DNA from: Blepharisma stoltei ATCC 30299
Lineage: Eukaryota; Protista; Ciliophora
DNA length: 64,000 bases
NCBI GenBank assembly: GCA_965603825.1
Contig: CBFDEM010000004.1
Coordinates: 868,001 to 932,000 of the forward strand
Direction of reading: 5' to 3'
Within the stretch, counting starts at the first letter, position 1, and every line of letters begins with the position of its first letter. The translations under genes and the position numbers were made by a program. The notes beneath the pieces were generated by a model. That model did no database searches and was not told the origin of the DNA. It saw only the letters and a program-made list of their open reading frames with translations. This document shows positions 48,649 to 60,000 of this stretch, piece after piece.

Positions 48649-48733
48649 TGCTTAATTTAAATGTTCATATCCCTATTAAATATACTTTTTACAGTATGGG
48701 ATATTCAGAAAATTAAGTTTCAATTAAAGACTA

Positions 48734-49381
48734 TTAGTTACTAGCGTTTCTGACAGCTGTGCATGTAGAAATCTCTGGACATACGGTTTTCAGGCTGCAA
48801 GTCTTTGGAAGGTCAAAAATCCCACTAGGAACACTATAAGTGATTTTATGGAAATCCATTAAGTCGTTTGGTTCTTGATAAATGCCTAGCATGACTCTGC
48901 TTGAAGGAGATGCCACTGCTGTCTCAAAGTAGAAATTATTTTGAAGTCCCTGCTTGTTCCACTTGTAAGCTTGAACTCCCATATGAACCTCAGTGTCAAT
49001 AAAAGTGGCATTATCAAGCCATGTAGGCTTAAGCATCCCACATCCTTGAGCAGCATTGCAGCAGAAGCAGCAAGTACCGTCATTAGGGTAATACAAGAAT
49101 CTGTTTCCTCCAACAACAATGTGGCTGCATGGAGCATTAGTTAAGACTCTGAACCCAACAAGGCCGCAATATCTGTCAAATCTACCATTTGCTCTGTCAA
49201 TACGGTACATTTGGTTGGTCCAGTCATAGTAATAAGTACCAGTGGTAGTTTGGTTGCCAAATTCTGGGTAATAGAGAGTTTCGTTGAAGGTTTGTGTAAA
49301 AACATTAGGCCATAAAGGATACTGAGGAGTGGCTTCTAAAGAAGCACTGGCGAGTCCTAAAGTAATTAACAGGATCCACAT
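48734..49381 (-). CDS. Secreted Cys-rich protein, ependymin-related (EPDR)-like
   Basis: Signal peptide, PLWPNVF, GTYYYDW..RIDR, CCFCC, LKPTWL, FDLPKTC; family assignment by recall only. Confidence 0.7.
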   Translation of the reverse strand: MWILLITLGLASASLEATPQYPLWPNVFTQTFNETLYYPEFGNQTTTGTYYYDWTNQMYRIDRANGRFDRYCGLVGFRVLTNAPCSHIVVGGNRFLYYPNDGTCCFCCNAAQGCGMLKPTWLDNATFIDTEVHMGVQAYKWNKQGLQNNFYFETAVASPSSRVMLGIYQEPNDLMDFHKITYSVPSGIFDLPKTCSLKTVCPEISTCTAVRNASN

Positions 49382-49629
49382 TTTATTAGAATAAAAACTT
49401 GTTGAATATATTTAATCCTCAGACTTTTAATAAAATTTCAATCTACCATTAATCTAAAAACATTTAATCATTGAATTTATAAATTTCGCTATTTAAGTTA
49501 CGTCAAATAATTAAATAATCTTTTACCTTTATCATACTGAAATTTTTCAAATGGCAAAAAATGACTGTTTTTCATATTCTAATAACAGCAGTCACTGAAA
49601 CCGCTGATTTATAAAGAAAATTAATTAAT

Positions 49630-50130
49630 ATGGGCGAGGAACCAGTTCTGGATTTTTCACATTTCCATATAAATCCTAATGATGTTCAAGAAGCTATGAA
49701 ATCATTTAGGTGGTTTCACAGTAGAAGAACAGGACTATTAAAAAGAGAAGATGTCCCAAAAGCGTATGAAAGCTTAGGTCTCAAACTTTCTCAGCAAGAA
49801 ATTAACGCAATGATCGATAAAATTAAAAAACCAGGAGAAGGGGAGGAGGCGAGGCCTGATTTATCGTTGCCTGAGTATTTAAATATTACTTTACAAAAAA
49901 TCCACCAAATGAATATGCAAGATGACCTTATGGCGCTTTTCCATCTCTATGATCTAGATAGAAAAGGATTTTTAAGCAGGGAAGAAATACAGTTTCTTGC
50001 TTTGAAGCTGCTTTCAGATTTAGGCTTAAATAGTGATCTTGTGAATAAGCTTGTAGATAGGTCTGACAGAAATTCAGAAGGACTGGTAGATTATAAAACC
50101 TTTGTGATTTTATTAGTGCAGGAGCTATAA
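49630..50130 (+). CDS. Divergent calmodulin/centrin-like EF-hand protein
   Basis: LFHLYDLDRKGFLSREE and SDRNSEGLVDYKTF loops; N-lobe EF hands degenerate. Confidence 0.85.
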   Translation: MGEEPVLDFSHFHINPNDVQEAMKSFRWFHSRRTGLLKREDVPKAYESLGLKLSQQEINAMIDKIKKPGEGEEARPDLSLPEYLNITLQKIHQMNMQDDLMALFHLYDLDRKGFLSREEIQFLALKLLSDLGLNSDLVNKLVDRSDRNSEGLVDYKTFVILLVQEL

Positions 50131-50345
50131 ATAAATAGATTTCATATAAAATACATATTTTCGCCTCATTTACAGCCTAAAATCCAAATTTATAACCAAT
50201 TTTAAGGTATAGTCATTTTAATAAATCTTATTTTTATTCAAATATTTTTAAAATTTAATAAAAATACAAAAAACTTTAAAAATTCCCAAAATTCAATATT
50301 ATTTAAGAAAATATCTTTCTTGATAACTTGTGACGTTATAAAAAA

Positions 50346-51734
50346 ATGGAAGAAGTCAGCAGAGAAGGTGAAGCAACCATAACTCTCCCAGACGGCACCA
50401 CCGCCAAACTTCCATTCCTCCGAGGCACTCATGGTCCACCAGTTATTGACATCCGCACACTATTCAACCAATTAGGCTGCCTTTCTCTTGACCCTGGGTT
50501 CACATCCACCTCAAGCTGCTTTTCCGCAATTACTTATATTGATGGCGAAAAAGGAGAGCTCTGGTATCGAGGATACGCAATTCAAGACTTGGCAAATAAT
50601 TGCACGTTTCTTGAAGTCTGCTATCTCCTTTTGTATGGAGAATTACCCAGTGTCGTAGAACTCGAAAGGTTTGAAAATGCAGTCAAAAATGAGATGCTGA
50701 TCCATATGAAACTTATTGATTTTTATAGCAGTTTCCAGCAAGGAGCGCATCCTATGGCAATTATGGTAGGCGTTGTAGGCGCTTTATCAGCTTTTATGCA
50801 TGAAGACATTGACGTCATGGTCGCTGAGCAGCGTGAAGCAGCTGCTATCCGAATTTTAGCAAAATTCCCTATGATGGCTGCTGTCGCCTATAGAACTGCC
50901 TATGGTTTACCGATTGTTTTTCCTAAGAAAAAGTTCGGGTACACCGAAAATTTCTTGTACATGATGTTTTCTGACCCTATGGCTGACGATTTTACAGTCG
51001 ACCCAGTCGTAGTCAACGCTTTAGAAAAAATCTTTATCCTTCACGCAGACCATGAGCAAAATGCATCCACTTCGACAGTCAGAATTGCAGGAAGCTCCCT
51101 TGCTAACCCTTATGCTTGTGTAGCAGCTGGCATTGCTAGTCTATGGGGTCCTATGCATGGCGGTGCAAATGAAGCTGTCCTTGCTATGCTTGATGAAATA
51201 AAATCAAGAGAAAATGTCGACACTTTTATAGCAAAAGCTAAAAATCCTAATGATTCCTTTAGACTTATGGGCTTTGGACATAGAGTTTATAAGAATTTTG
51301 ACCCAAGAAACCAAATAATGCAGGATATCGCTCATGAAATTTTGACCCATCTGCAATGCAATCAAAAAAATATATTAGAATTAGCCCAGGAGCTGGAAAA
51401 TAAAGCGCTAAATGATGATTATTTTATTAAGCGAAAATTGTACCCAAATGTTGATTTTTATTCAGGAATTGTCCTGGAGGCTATTGGGATACCAAGGGAT
51501 ATGTTTACTGTCATTTTTGCATTGGCAAGGGTTATTGGGTGGATGTCACAGTGGCATGAAATGATGTCAGAGTCTGTCAAAAAGATAGGAAGGCCTAGAC
51601 AGCTGTATGTGGGAGCACAAAAGAGAAATGTGCAGCCTAGAGAAATGAGGGAAGGGAGAGAAAGCATTTCTCCAGAAATTATAAATTCACCAAGAAAGGT
51701 CTGGTCACCTACTAAAGAAAAAGCAGCAAACTAA
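50346..51734 (+). CDS. gltA: Citrate synthase, bacterial type II (GltA-like)
   Basis: DPGFTSTSSCFSAITYIDGEKGELWYRGY, ILHADHEQNASTSTVR, LWGPMHGGANEA, RLMGFGHRVYKNFDPR, LYPNVDFYSG, IGRPRQLY. Confidence 0.93.
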   Translation: MEEVSREGEATITLPDGTTAKLPFLRGTHGPPVIDIRTLFNQLGCLSLDPGFTSTSSCFSAITYIDGEKGELWYRGYAIQDLANNCTFLEVCYLLLYGELPSVVELERFENAVKNEMLIHMKLIDFYSSFQQGAHPMAIMVGVVGALSAFMHEDIDVMVAEQREAAAIRILAKFPMMAAVAYRTAYGLPIVFPKKKFGYTENFLYMMFSDPMADDFTVDPVVVNALEKIFILHADHEQNASTSTVRIAGSSLANPYACVAAGIASLWGPMHGGANEAVLAMLDEIKSRENVDTFIAKAKNPNDSFRLMGFGHRVYKNFDPRNQIMQDIAHEILTHLQCNQKNILELAQELENKALNDDYFIKRKLYPNVDFYSGIVLEAIGIPRDMFTVIFALARVIGWMSQWHEMMSESVKKIGRPRQLYVGAQKRNVQPREMREGRESISPEIINSPRKVWSPTKEKAAN

Positions 51735-51968
51735 GTAGCTAAAATCAGTTAAAAAATTTTTGATAGGCTAATGATTTTTATTTGAAATTCACAAAAATGC
51801 TTTATTTCTATATAAGAATTATATTATTCAATTCCAAAATCAGTTAGTTTAACAATATTTCATAATTAAAATGATTTTTCGCAGATTTAAATATTAAATT
51901 TATTTTAAAATTAAAACAGTGCAGCTTGTGTGAACAATAAAAAACTACTATAAATATCGCCTGGATCA

Positions 51969-52979
51969 TTATTCTGTATGCGGGTTAATTTCTTTCACAT
52001 CTGGAGCAGGTATTTCTAAACAAGTGTGAACTCTTAATAAAGGCACTTTATTGCCATTTCTTTTCGGGGTTGGCTGAGTTTTTGATTTTAGCTTGTCCCA
52101 CTGCCGCAGCATTTCTTCTACAGGTATTCCTTCTTCTTTTAGCACTTCTAATAGTTTTAAGGTCCTAATCTCTCTTTCTTCATACTCATTATTTTGCAGT
52201 CTCAATTCTTTAATTATTTCGCTTTTTTTCTTTGCTTCTTCTAATAAAGACGCAAAAGCTAGGTTATTGGCTTCCTGCTGCTTATAGTCGTCAATCTCTT
52301 TATTTAGGTTTTTTATTTGCTCCTTTAAGGTTTCAATTTCTTTATTTAAATTGATATTGTCAATGGATAGAGTGTTTAGTTTTTTTATCAATTTGTTTTT
52401 ATCTTTTTTTAGCTGCTCTACTGTTTCTTCACCTTTTAAATCTTGCTGATTTTGATGCTTGATTGTGTCTTTATCTAGTTCATCATTTAAAAAACTATTT
52501 GATAGTCCATCTTTTATTTGCCTTAGTAAAGAAGACAAAGGTTGAAATAAAAGAATTATTTCATCAATTGCTTCAAAGCAAATCTTTCTTATTGATGCAC
52601 GTGATTCCTTACTTAAGTTGCAACCAATTAAAACTATTTGATTTTTCAATTTTGCCTCTATGACAGAAAATTGTTTGACATCAAAATACTCAAAACACGG
52701 TTTTGTAGGTGTTAAGCTTGTCGAAAACAATGGATTTGAGCTTGCAAATGATAAAGAAATAGTGTCGCTTGAAGAATTATACAAGCTGCTGTCAAGTATT
52801 TTAGATCCCCTATGGTTCAGACTTGAGATATTATGTAACTTGTGCTTATTTGACTTAATTATGTGTTCCTTAACAGTGACTAACTTGGTCTGGATTTTTA
52901 TTTGTGAGGCATAAGGGGAATTTGAATTAATACGCTTCCTTTGTATTGGTTCAAATCGTTTCTTTTCCTGTGAGTCCAT
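51969..52979 (-). CDS. Coiled-coil protein, distant paralogue of the 21334-22611 gene
   Basis: 336-aa ORF; shares helical block and LLEVLKEEGIPVEE motif with LVMALKKRGYPVEE of the other gene. Confidence 0.75.
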   Translation of the reverse strand: MDSQEKKRFEPIQRKRINSNSPYASQIKIQTKLVTVKEHIIKSNKHKLHNISSLNHRGSKILDSSLYNSSSDTISLSFASSNPLFSTSLTPTKPCFEYFDVKQFSVIEAKLKNQIVLIGCNLSKESRASIRKICFEAIDEIILLFQPLSSLLRQIKDGLSNSFLNDELDKDTIKHQNQQDLKGEETVEQLKKDKNKLIKKLNTLSIDNINLNKEIETLKEQIKNLNKEIDDYKQQEANNLAFASLLEEAKKKSEIIKELRLQNNEYEEREIRTLKLLEVLKEEGIPVEEMLRQWDKLKSKTQPTPKRNGNKVPLLRVHTCLEIPAPDVKEINPHTE

Positions 52980-53301
52980 TATAAATTTTATTTTAATAAT
53001 CAGAAATATTAAAAGTACTGGATTTTTACTTGATTATTAAATTATCTGTTATGCGAATCAGGTAGCTCTGTCTAGCTGATTTCTGATATTTTCCAATTAT
53101 TTATAATTTATTATTTATAATTTATATAGTTTATTTGTATAAATGGCTATTACTAATTAAAAGAATATAGCACGTGATATCAAATTTCAATTTATTCACT
53201 ATTTTTTCGTATTAAATTTCCTATATAAAGTGTTTACTTTTCGCATATAGAAAATATAATTAATCAAAAATAAAATTATATTAATATAACTGCAGCTACC
53301 T

Positions 53302-56300
53302 CTAACCCTGAGAAACCTGCCTATAAGATGATAAATTTTCTGCAGGAATAACTGACGATAAATTTTTAGCTTTTAACGCATAATTCATTAGGATTTCAGG
53401 CTTCGACGGATGGAAAATTCTTCTGAAAAAATGAATCCCACCATCAATACTCGCAACCAGGCTAAGCGTCGTAAAAATACTTAAATAAAAATAAGGAGAC
53501 TCAATAATCTGAAAAATCGATAAATAGTCTGGCAGCTCCGTTAAACTATCATATACAAGAATAAACCCAAAATACAGCAGCAAGCTTAGTATACATATAG
53601 AAAAAACGCTATAAACAGTCCAATGTCTCGTATGTAGCGACAGCTTCAAATTTACAATTAAAATCACACAGGAAAAAGAAGTAATAGAAAATGATCACAA
53701 ATCGTGGTTTAAGCCATCTTCAGTCAACATTCCATACTCAGCTGCATAAAAAGGGATAAAATAAACAATAAATGAATGGAAAAGTCCGTTGCCAATTCAT
53801 ATAGAAAAATTATAAGGTGTAAAAATCTCATTTAATCGTCCTGTATTGTAACATTTTGGGACCAAATCCCTAATTTTATTATGATGCGTCGACCTTAATG
53901 GGTTATCTTCAGTACTATTCATACTGGCGATGGACTGCACTTCATTTCGCCTAGGAATGATAATATCAATTTCTAATAAGGCTTTTACAATTAAAGGTAA
54001 AGCTGTAAAAACCATATTGTAAAACGTTATATATCAGTCGTCATAAACTGTTTGGCCACTATAAGCACAATAAAATGCAAAAAAAAACTGAGGGATTGTA
54101 AAGACTAAATTTTTGTAAAAAAAATACATAATCATTTCGCTTTGGCGGAGATAGTTAAACCTGCCATGGATTAACAATAATTCTCATAGAAATTTAAATT
54201 CACCTATAGCATAGTCGCTGGCTTGTACAGATTGCATGCCTTCTTCGCCATATAAACCAATCCCTACATGTGCTTCTAAGATCATAGCTACATCATTGGC
54301 TCCATCTCCTATAGCTAAAGTAATATATCCGCAATGGTCTTTCATTAATTTTACGACCTCTTGTTTCTGCCCAGGAGTTACTCTACAACAAATGACTGTT
54401 TTGCACATCGACGAAATTCTTAAGAACATTTTTTGGATTTTTGTCGCTTTTTGTATAGAGTCAGCTGTGCCTGACAATTCCGGATATTTTGATACTTTTT
54501 CAGGGTTTTTGCAGTCAAATAGGATAATTTCAAGGGAATCTCCTTGTATTATTAGCGCCGCAGGTTTTCCTGATTTTATTGACTCTTTAAATTTTTTTTT
54601 AATTTCTACCATTTTTCCATAACAAATATCTAAAACCCCAGACGAACATCTTTCTATTGTAGTATTCGCGTCAATTAACGAGCAGGTTTTTCCAATATTT
54701 TCTGCAGTTTCCAGTTTATCCCCAGTCAGCATCCACACACTAATCCCAGCACCCAGCAAATCATTAATAGTTTTAGGCACATCTTCTTGTAAAGAATCCT
54801 CTACAGCTGTGCATCCTAATAAAAAAATATTTTTTTCTATTTCATCAGCGACTTGGCTAATTTTTTGGTTCCTCCCCTCAATTGAAGTACTGGCTACGTC
54901 ATATTTTGCTTTCCAAGCGCTGAACTCATTTTCCTCAATAATCCGAAAACCGAGCATAAGAGTCCTTAACCCTCTTTCTGCAAAGGTCTGTAAATTCGCA
55001 GAAACTGCTTCAAATATTTCTTTGCTGCTGCTTCCTGACAGCTTTGTTTTAATCATATCATCAGCACCTTTAATAAATAAAAAGATTTTATTTGTAGATA
55101 AATCCCTTACAATAATGGAATTTCTTTTTCTGTCTGAGTCAAATTCAAGGGTGCAGATTTTTTCGTATTTTTCTATAGAAAAATCAGTCCCGACTTGTAG
55201 ATCGACGATTCCGTCCTTTATTTTTGTGTATTTAAAGCCAATTCGGCTAGCACTGTCAACTAAGGCAATTTCGTCTGGGCTTTGTCCGACATAGGAAATC
55301 GCTCCAGAGTCATTATTTTCGATAAGACATTCATGGCAGAGAGAAAGACACCTTAAAAAAAATTCATTAATTTGCTGCTGGTTTTGCAGCTCAAAATTTT
55401 GGGTAATTTTTATAGGTTTTATAGCAATCGGAACCTTGGAAAAAAAAGTGTCGTGCTCAATCACTTTGGTGTCAAAGGAAAATGCAATTTCTTTATTAGA
55501 AAAGCTAGGTTTTTGGACGTATTCTAAATTCATAAGGCTTCTATTATCCCCATACATTTTGGTCCCAATTGTACAAAATTTAAATTCCATTCTATTACAA
55601 GTCAAAGTCCCAGTTTTATCAGAAAAAATATGCTGGACCATGCCAAGCTCTTCATTTAAGCTAAATGAAGAGACCTTACATGGCCGATCCCTGAGTTTGC
55701 TATACATTTCACTGTCTTTGCTCATAAAATAGCCTTGTACAACCTTAAGAATTTCAAGAGAAACTATAAGGGAAATAGGCAACATCGTGTTTAATAATAA
55801 AAAATACGTAAAATACCCTAAAAACCCTTGCATGTTTGCAGAATAATCTAAACCGTGGAGATATTCATGCTTTTCCCAGTGTTTACTGGTTCATAGTCCT
55901 TCTAAAATTGCAGTAGCAAGGCACATTAGTGATTGAATCCCAATGATATAAATAATGTATCGATTTACTTTTCTTTCTACTTGGCTCTGCTTAAATCTCC
56001 TCCCCATCAAATTTTGCCTCAATTTTGTATCATTTCCTGTGTAAACAGCAACCCCAATCGCTCAGCTTGTGTTCCTCAAAAAAGCGCCTCCAAGTAAAAC
56101 TTGGCTTTTATCCAATGGATACCTTTTATTTTCGTACTCAATAGCGCCGCTGAATTGATAAATCCGAGGATTTGGAGTGTCACATTCAAGCATGCTAAAA
56201 ACCCGAATAATCCCTGTATCTTTAACGATTTCTGAGGTGGGTCCAAAAGCTTGTCGCTGTTTAAGGGCTTTTTCGCCATCTAGAGTAGACGTTTCAATAT

Positions 56301-56778
56301 AAGCGATACCATTTTCGCTTGAATTTGAAAGCATGACTAAATCGCAGGGGAAAGACTCGTCTTTTAGCACCTTGACTAGATCTCCAACCTGTACATCTTT
56401 AAAAGTAGCATCTTCAAATGAACCTTTATTATAGACAAGGGTTTTAGTAGAATTTGTTTCCTGGTCTGATTTATAGCGTAAATAATCTTCTACACCTTCT
56501 CTGATCATACTAACAGCTAATACAAACACTAATGGAGCTATAGCACTAAAAGCATTTAAAGGAGAAATCTGAGGAATTGACTGAAGAATTGCTGTAACTA
56601 GAAAGTAAATGTTCGCAATACGCTTGAATTGGTCAAATAAACTTATTGGCAGGAACGTAAAAACGTTGTATTTTGTGGTGCTTACGTAATTTGTGGGGTA
56701 TTTATAAGTGTCATTTATTTCAGCTCCGTTGATATAAAGGATACGTTTCCTTTCTTCTTCTATTTCACTTTTGGACAT
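53302..56778 (-). CDS. P4-type ATPase (phospholipid flippase), about 1158 aa; TGA=Trp at 56062, 55891, 54184, 54034, 53797, 53695
   Basis: TTKYN, LDGEKALK, LRNTS(W)AIGVAVYTGNDTK, PISL, DKTGTLT, SPDEIALV, MLTGDK, CCRVTPGQK, IGDGANDV. Confidence 0.95.
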
Positions 56779-57015
56779 TTACTATAAAATTTTAATGAAA
56801 ATTAATTTAAAATATACTCTTGTTGTTTTGCAGATCACTTCAACAGAAAACATGCTGATTTTTGAATTTTTCTCAATGATTTTTTTTAAATAGTCATTTT
56901 GTCGTTAAAACTTATTTTTTAATATAAATCATAATAATGATCTTTTTCTTATTAAAAATTATTCCAAATTTACTATATCTTTAAACTAAATTTTCCTCTT
57001 GAAAGCTAATTTAAT

Positions 57016-60000
57016 ATGGAAGGGATCGAAACTCTAAAAGCTGATACCACACTAGACAAATTTAACCCTATAAGACAGCTCTCTAAAAACCTGCCCCCTT
57101 ATCTCCAATCAATGAATGAGGTGGACAAAGAAATTAACCTGAAATTTATTGAAAGCATGAACAAAAAAATAACTTTTCTCAAAAATCCCAGGACTTTACC
57201 TGCTCATTTGACGACTAAGACTGAGAAATTGGCAGAAAAAAGCCCATTTAGGCTGGTCCCAGAAACAGTTACTTTTACAGAATATGAAGAAGGAGGCGTA
57301 TATGAAATCCCAATCACCATCACGAACGTTGCAGGGATTTTAAGAAGAATTCAGGCTATACCGCCTGCGACTGAGTATTTTAGTATTGGGCAAATAACTT
57401 ATCCAGATAAAGAAAAAGGAGAAATCGCACCTGGGATGAGCGCGACCATTCTAGTCCGCTTTCATGCAGTTTCATTAGCAGAATATGATGATGAATTTTT
57501 AATAAAAACTGAGCAAGATCCTATTGTGGTGCCATTAAGAGCTAGAAGGGAACCTCCTAATCTGACCCTTGTAGAAGTGATGGACTGCGGAACTATTTGG
57601 ATAGGAGATAGAGTTGACATAAGTTTCAGATGCCAAAATGTAGGGGGAAGTGCTGGGTTTAAATTTTTCCATGAAAATGAAGAATTGGACGCAGCTCCTG
57701 GAGATGAAATTCTCATGAGTGGGCCATTTACGATTTTTCCGCTGCAGTTTTATTTGGCAACTGGTCAGTTTATTGATGTATTAGTCAGCTTTCAGCCTAA
57801 AGATGAAGGGGTTCTTGAGAATAAAATAATTTTAGCATGTGACAATCAGACCTCACAGTTTTATACCCTAAAAGGCTTTGGAGCTGCTTTAGACATCTCA
57901 GTCTCAAAAATCGATGACAAGCCTCTGAATTTCAAAGAAAATCCTTTAAATTCAATCTGGTTTAACGAAACTCACCCTAACTCAGACGCTTCTCGAGATA
58001 TTTATGTTTCCAATTTAAGTGCGCTTCCAGTAGCATACCATTGGTCAACCTATGTATTTAATGATACAAATATTACGCTAGAAGCTCACAATAACCATTA
58101 CTCAATCACCCCAATACAAGGGATTTTAGACCCTGGCTCCACAAATCAATTTAAAATTACGTTTAGGCCTGCGTCATTTCAGCCGTTTAATGAATATGCT
58201 GATTTATTTGTTGATAATATTCCGCTTCCTGCTTTAAAATATATATCTCCAAGCTTAAAAGAAAGTCCTTTGCTAAGTGAAATTGCGGGGCAGTTTTTAG
58301 GCAGCAATGCCAAATTTCCATCAATCCCGTATTTGCAATTTGAGCTTCATGGAAAAGGGAGCCTTTGTGAACTGGAATTTGACCCAGTCTATTATGTATT
58401 TCCTCATAATTTATTACTTGGACAATCTTATAGAGCAGAAATAAAGCTAAAAAACAAAAGCCAAGGATCTGTTAATTTCAAGCTTATAAATTTGCCTGAA
58501 AGGACCTCAGAAAGTGTTACGACAGCAGTAAATATCTCTGAAGGCCAAATTGATGGGAATTCTGAAATCAGCTTAGACTTCACTTGGATCACAAACACCT
58601 TAGGCAGCCAGGTCGGCGTCTACCAATGCTCTGTCAGTAACGGCTTTCCTATCTATTTCCAAATCCAAAGCAACACAATCGGCCCTGAAATCTCTTTAGA
58701 ATCCTCCAATTGCGATTTTGGGATCATAAAATGTAAAGAAAAATCAATTTCTAATTTTACTATAAAAAACGAAAGCGGGATACCAGCACATGTTACTATT
58801 GGCCACGAAAATTTCCATAAATATACCAATTCCTCAGAGCAATCTATTATAATTTCCCCAAATTATAAAGAAATTGCCCCATATGACACATTAAAAGTGT
58901 CTATAGAAATTCTGAGTAACAAAGTCGATACTATTGAAGAAATCATAAAAATTGCTGTAAAAAATGGAGAAGCCAGGTATATAAATATTTTTGCAGAGGT
59001 CCAAAAGCCTGTAGTAAGCCTTGACTGCTATGAATTCAAACTTGGGCAGCTTGCGGCTGGGATAGAGTCTAAGCCAAAAACAGTGACCCTTATAAATTAT
59101 GGAAATTTAGATACAACTTTTAAATGAGTAATTCCACTTACTGAAGCCCACGATTTCAAGATAAGTCCTTCTTCAGGAGAAATCAAGGCTTCATCAAAGG
59201 TTACTTGTGAATTTACAATGATTCCATTCAATGGAGGGAATTTAGATGAAATTTGGGTTTGTGAAGTAGAAGGATTGGACTCGCCTTTAGGAATTTTGAC
59301 TACTGGAGACGTAAAAGGTCTCGAAATTAGCTATATTCCTGCTGATGATAATAATTTGAACACTCTGGCAAGCTTGACAAGCTCAAAGCAGAAATCGATA
59401 CTTCCTCCATCTTTATATAACGCAAGTGACAGACAAAGCTACTTGTCTAGTATGACACTGTCTGCAGCACAGCCTGATCAGCATTTGAAAGTCATTGATT
59501 TTGGCTATTCTAATATAGGAGACTCCAAATCGATAAAATTCATCATAAAAAACAGCTCAGGACTAAGAACCACTTTTGACCTAAAAATGGACAACTATGA
59601 GCCAGGGCTTTCACAAGAAGAAGTCCTAGCCCAAATCAAAGCAAAAGAAGCAAAAGCTTTGCAATTCGAATCCCCCAAAGACGCAAGCCCTAGGAAAATC
59701 AAATTCACCTCCTCTACAAAATTCCAAACAAAAAATACCACAAAACGTCCAGACTCCAGAGAAAAACTTCCTCCATTACTAAGTGATGCTCATGAGCAGC
59801 TAAATAAATTTTCTACCAAAGAAGGAGAAACCTTTACAGCGACCAAACAGCTGGAAAAATCAAAAAAATTCTATTTAAGCAACAATAAAGGCCTAGCTTT
59901 TGTATGTGAGCCAAAGTCGGGGGTAATTGATGCCCACAGTGAGGTAATTGTGACTGTGACGATGTATAATGACATTTGTGGGAGATTTGAAGATATTTTA

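Noticed and set aside
46591-48654. CRISPR array or mobile-element repeats
   Set aside because: The repeats fold as tRNAs with Pol III terminators and spacers of about 0.7-1.1 kb; no cas, transposase or reverse transcriptase genes in the window.
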